Source: Chiloscyllium plagiosum (Eukaryota). Taken from it: 24,517 nucleotides of DNA. Position 1 is the stretch's first letter. Every line of letters starts with the position of its first letter. The DNA lies in NCBI RefSeq assembly GCF_004010195.1, contig NC_057718.1, positions 55,813,096 to 55,837,612 of the forward strand. Direction: 5' to 3'. Positions 23,097-24,517 of this stretch are shown here, one piece after another. The notes under the pieces were generated by a model. The model was not told the DNA's origin and searched no databases. It saw nothing but the letters and a program-made list of their open reading frames with translations. Position numbers and translations under genes: made by a program.

Positions 23097-24517
23097 TTCT
23101 GAACCCTTTCAAGTTTCACAACATCTTTCCAATAGGAAGGAGACCAGAATTGCATGCAATATTCCAACAGTGGCCTAATCAATGTCCTGTACAGTTGCAA
23201 CATGACCTCCCAACTCCTGTACTCAATACTCTGACCAATAAATGAAAGCATACTACCAAACGTCCTCTTCACTATCCTATCTACCTGCGACTCCACTTTC
23301 AAGGAGCTGTGAACCTGCACTCCAAGGTCTCTTTGTTCAGCAAAACTCTCTAGTACCTTACCATTAAGTGTATAAGTCCTGCAAATATTTGTTTTCCCAA
23401 AATGCAGCACCTCGCATTTATCTGAATTAAATTCCATCTGCCACTTCTCGGCCCATTCGCCCATCTGATCAAGATTCCATTGTAATCTGAGGTAACCTTC
23501 TTCGCTGTTCGCTAAACCTCCAATTTTGATGTCATCTGCAAACTTACTAACTGCACCTCTTATGCTCGCATCCAAATAATTTATGTAAATGACAAAAAGA
23601 GGACCCAGCACCGATCCTTGTGGCATTCCACTGGTCACGGCCTCTTTTCTGAAAAAGAACCCTCCACCACCACTCTCTGGCTTCTACCTTTGAGCCAGTT
23701 CTGTATCCAAATGGCTAGTTCTCTCTTTATTCCATGAGACCTAATCTTGCTAACCATCTCTCATGGGAAACCTTACTGAAATCCATATAGATTAGATTAG
23801 ATTACTTACAGTGTGGAGACAGGTCCTTCGGCCCAACAAGTCCACACCAACCCTCCGAAGAGCAACCCACACAGACCCATTCCCCTACATTTACCCCTTC
23901 ACCTAACACTATGGGCAATTTAGCATGGCGAATTCACTTAACCTGCACATCTTTGGACTGTGGGAGGAAACCGGAGTACCCGGAGGAAACCCACGGGGAG
24001 AATGTGTAAACTCCACACAGACAGTTGCCTGAGGTGGAAATTGAACCCGGGTCTCTGGCGCGGTGAGGCAATAGTGCTAACCACTGTGCCACCATGCCGC
24101 CCATCTACTGCTCTGCCCTCATCAATCCTCTTTGTTACTTCTTCAAAAAACTCAATCAGGTTTGTGAGACATGATTTCCCACGCACAAAACCATGTTGAC
24201 TATCCCTAATCAGTCCTTGCCTTTTCAAATACATGGACATCCTGTCCCTCAGGATTTCCTCCAACAACTTGCCCACCACCGATGTCAGGCTCACAGGTCT
24301 ATAGTTCCCTGGCTTGTCCTTACTACTCTTCTTAAAGAGTGGCACCACGTTTGCCAACCTCCAGTCTTCCAGCACCTCACCTGTGACTATCAATGATACA
24401 AATCTCTCAGCAAAAGGCCCAGCAATCACTTCTCTTGCTTCCCACAGAATTCTCGGGTATACCTGATCAGGTGCAAGGGATTTATGCAACTTTAACCGTT
24501 TCAAGACATCCAGCACT
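23097..24517 (-). mobile_element. Young CR1 (HER1-type) LINE RT region, 3'-truncated, continuing beyond the window
   Basis: NYRPVSLTSVVGK, QHGFVRGKSCLTNLIEFF, PQGSVLGPL and FADDIK. Confidence 0.93.
23791..24101 (-). mobile_element. HE1-type SINE nested in CR1
   Basis: Minus-strand head ggcggcatggtggcacagtggttagcac and (tctaa)n tail. Interrupts the CR1 between RAVD and IYMDF. Confidence 0.9.

Noticed and set aside
23938..24516. 192-aa RT ORF as an intact or novel fusion protein
   Set aside because: Chimera of a CR1 RT fragment and an inserted SINE.

Overview
Eukaryotic genomic DNA, very probably from a cartilaginous fish (shark): it carries HE1-type tRNA SINEs and their HER1/CR1-type partner LINEs. 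The window is intronic sequence of an EMAP-family WD40 gene (EML6-like, + strand). Two coding exons are visible (3581-3722 and 19111-19263), and they splice in frame across a 15,388-nt intron. Almost all the rest is decayed, nested transposable elements: two copies of one Gypsy LTR retrotransposon, young and old CR1 LINEs, a Rex1/Babar-like LINE, SINEs, probable solo LTRs, a TA-flanked MITE and five short Penelope-like (PLE) inserts. The most striking structure is the PLE inserts. Three are near-perfect palindromes with 83-292 bp arms, and all five carry a minimal hammerhead-ribozyme-like motif (CUGAnGA-stem II-GAAA-palindromic tetramer). No prokaryotic system, CRISPR array or intact TE ORF is supported. 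Family names are from motif recognition, not database searches.
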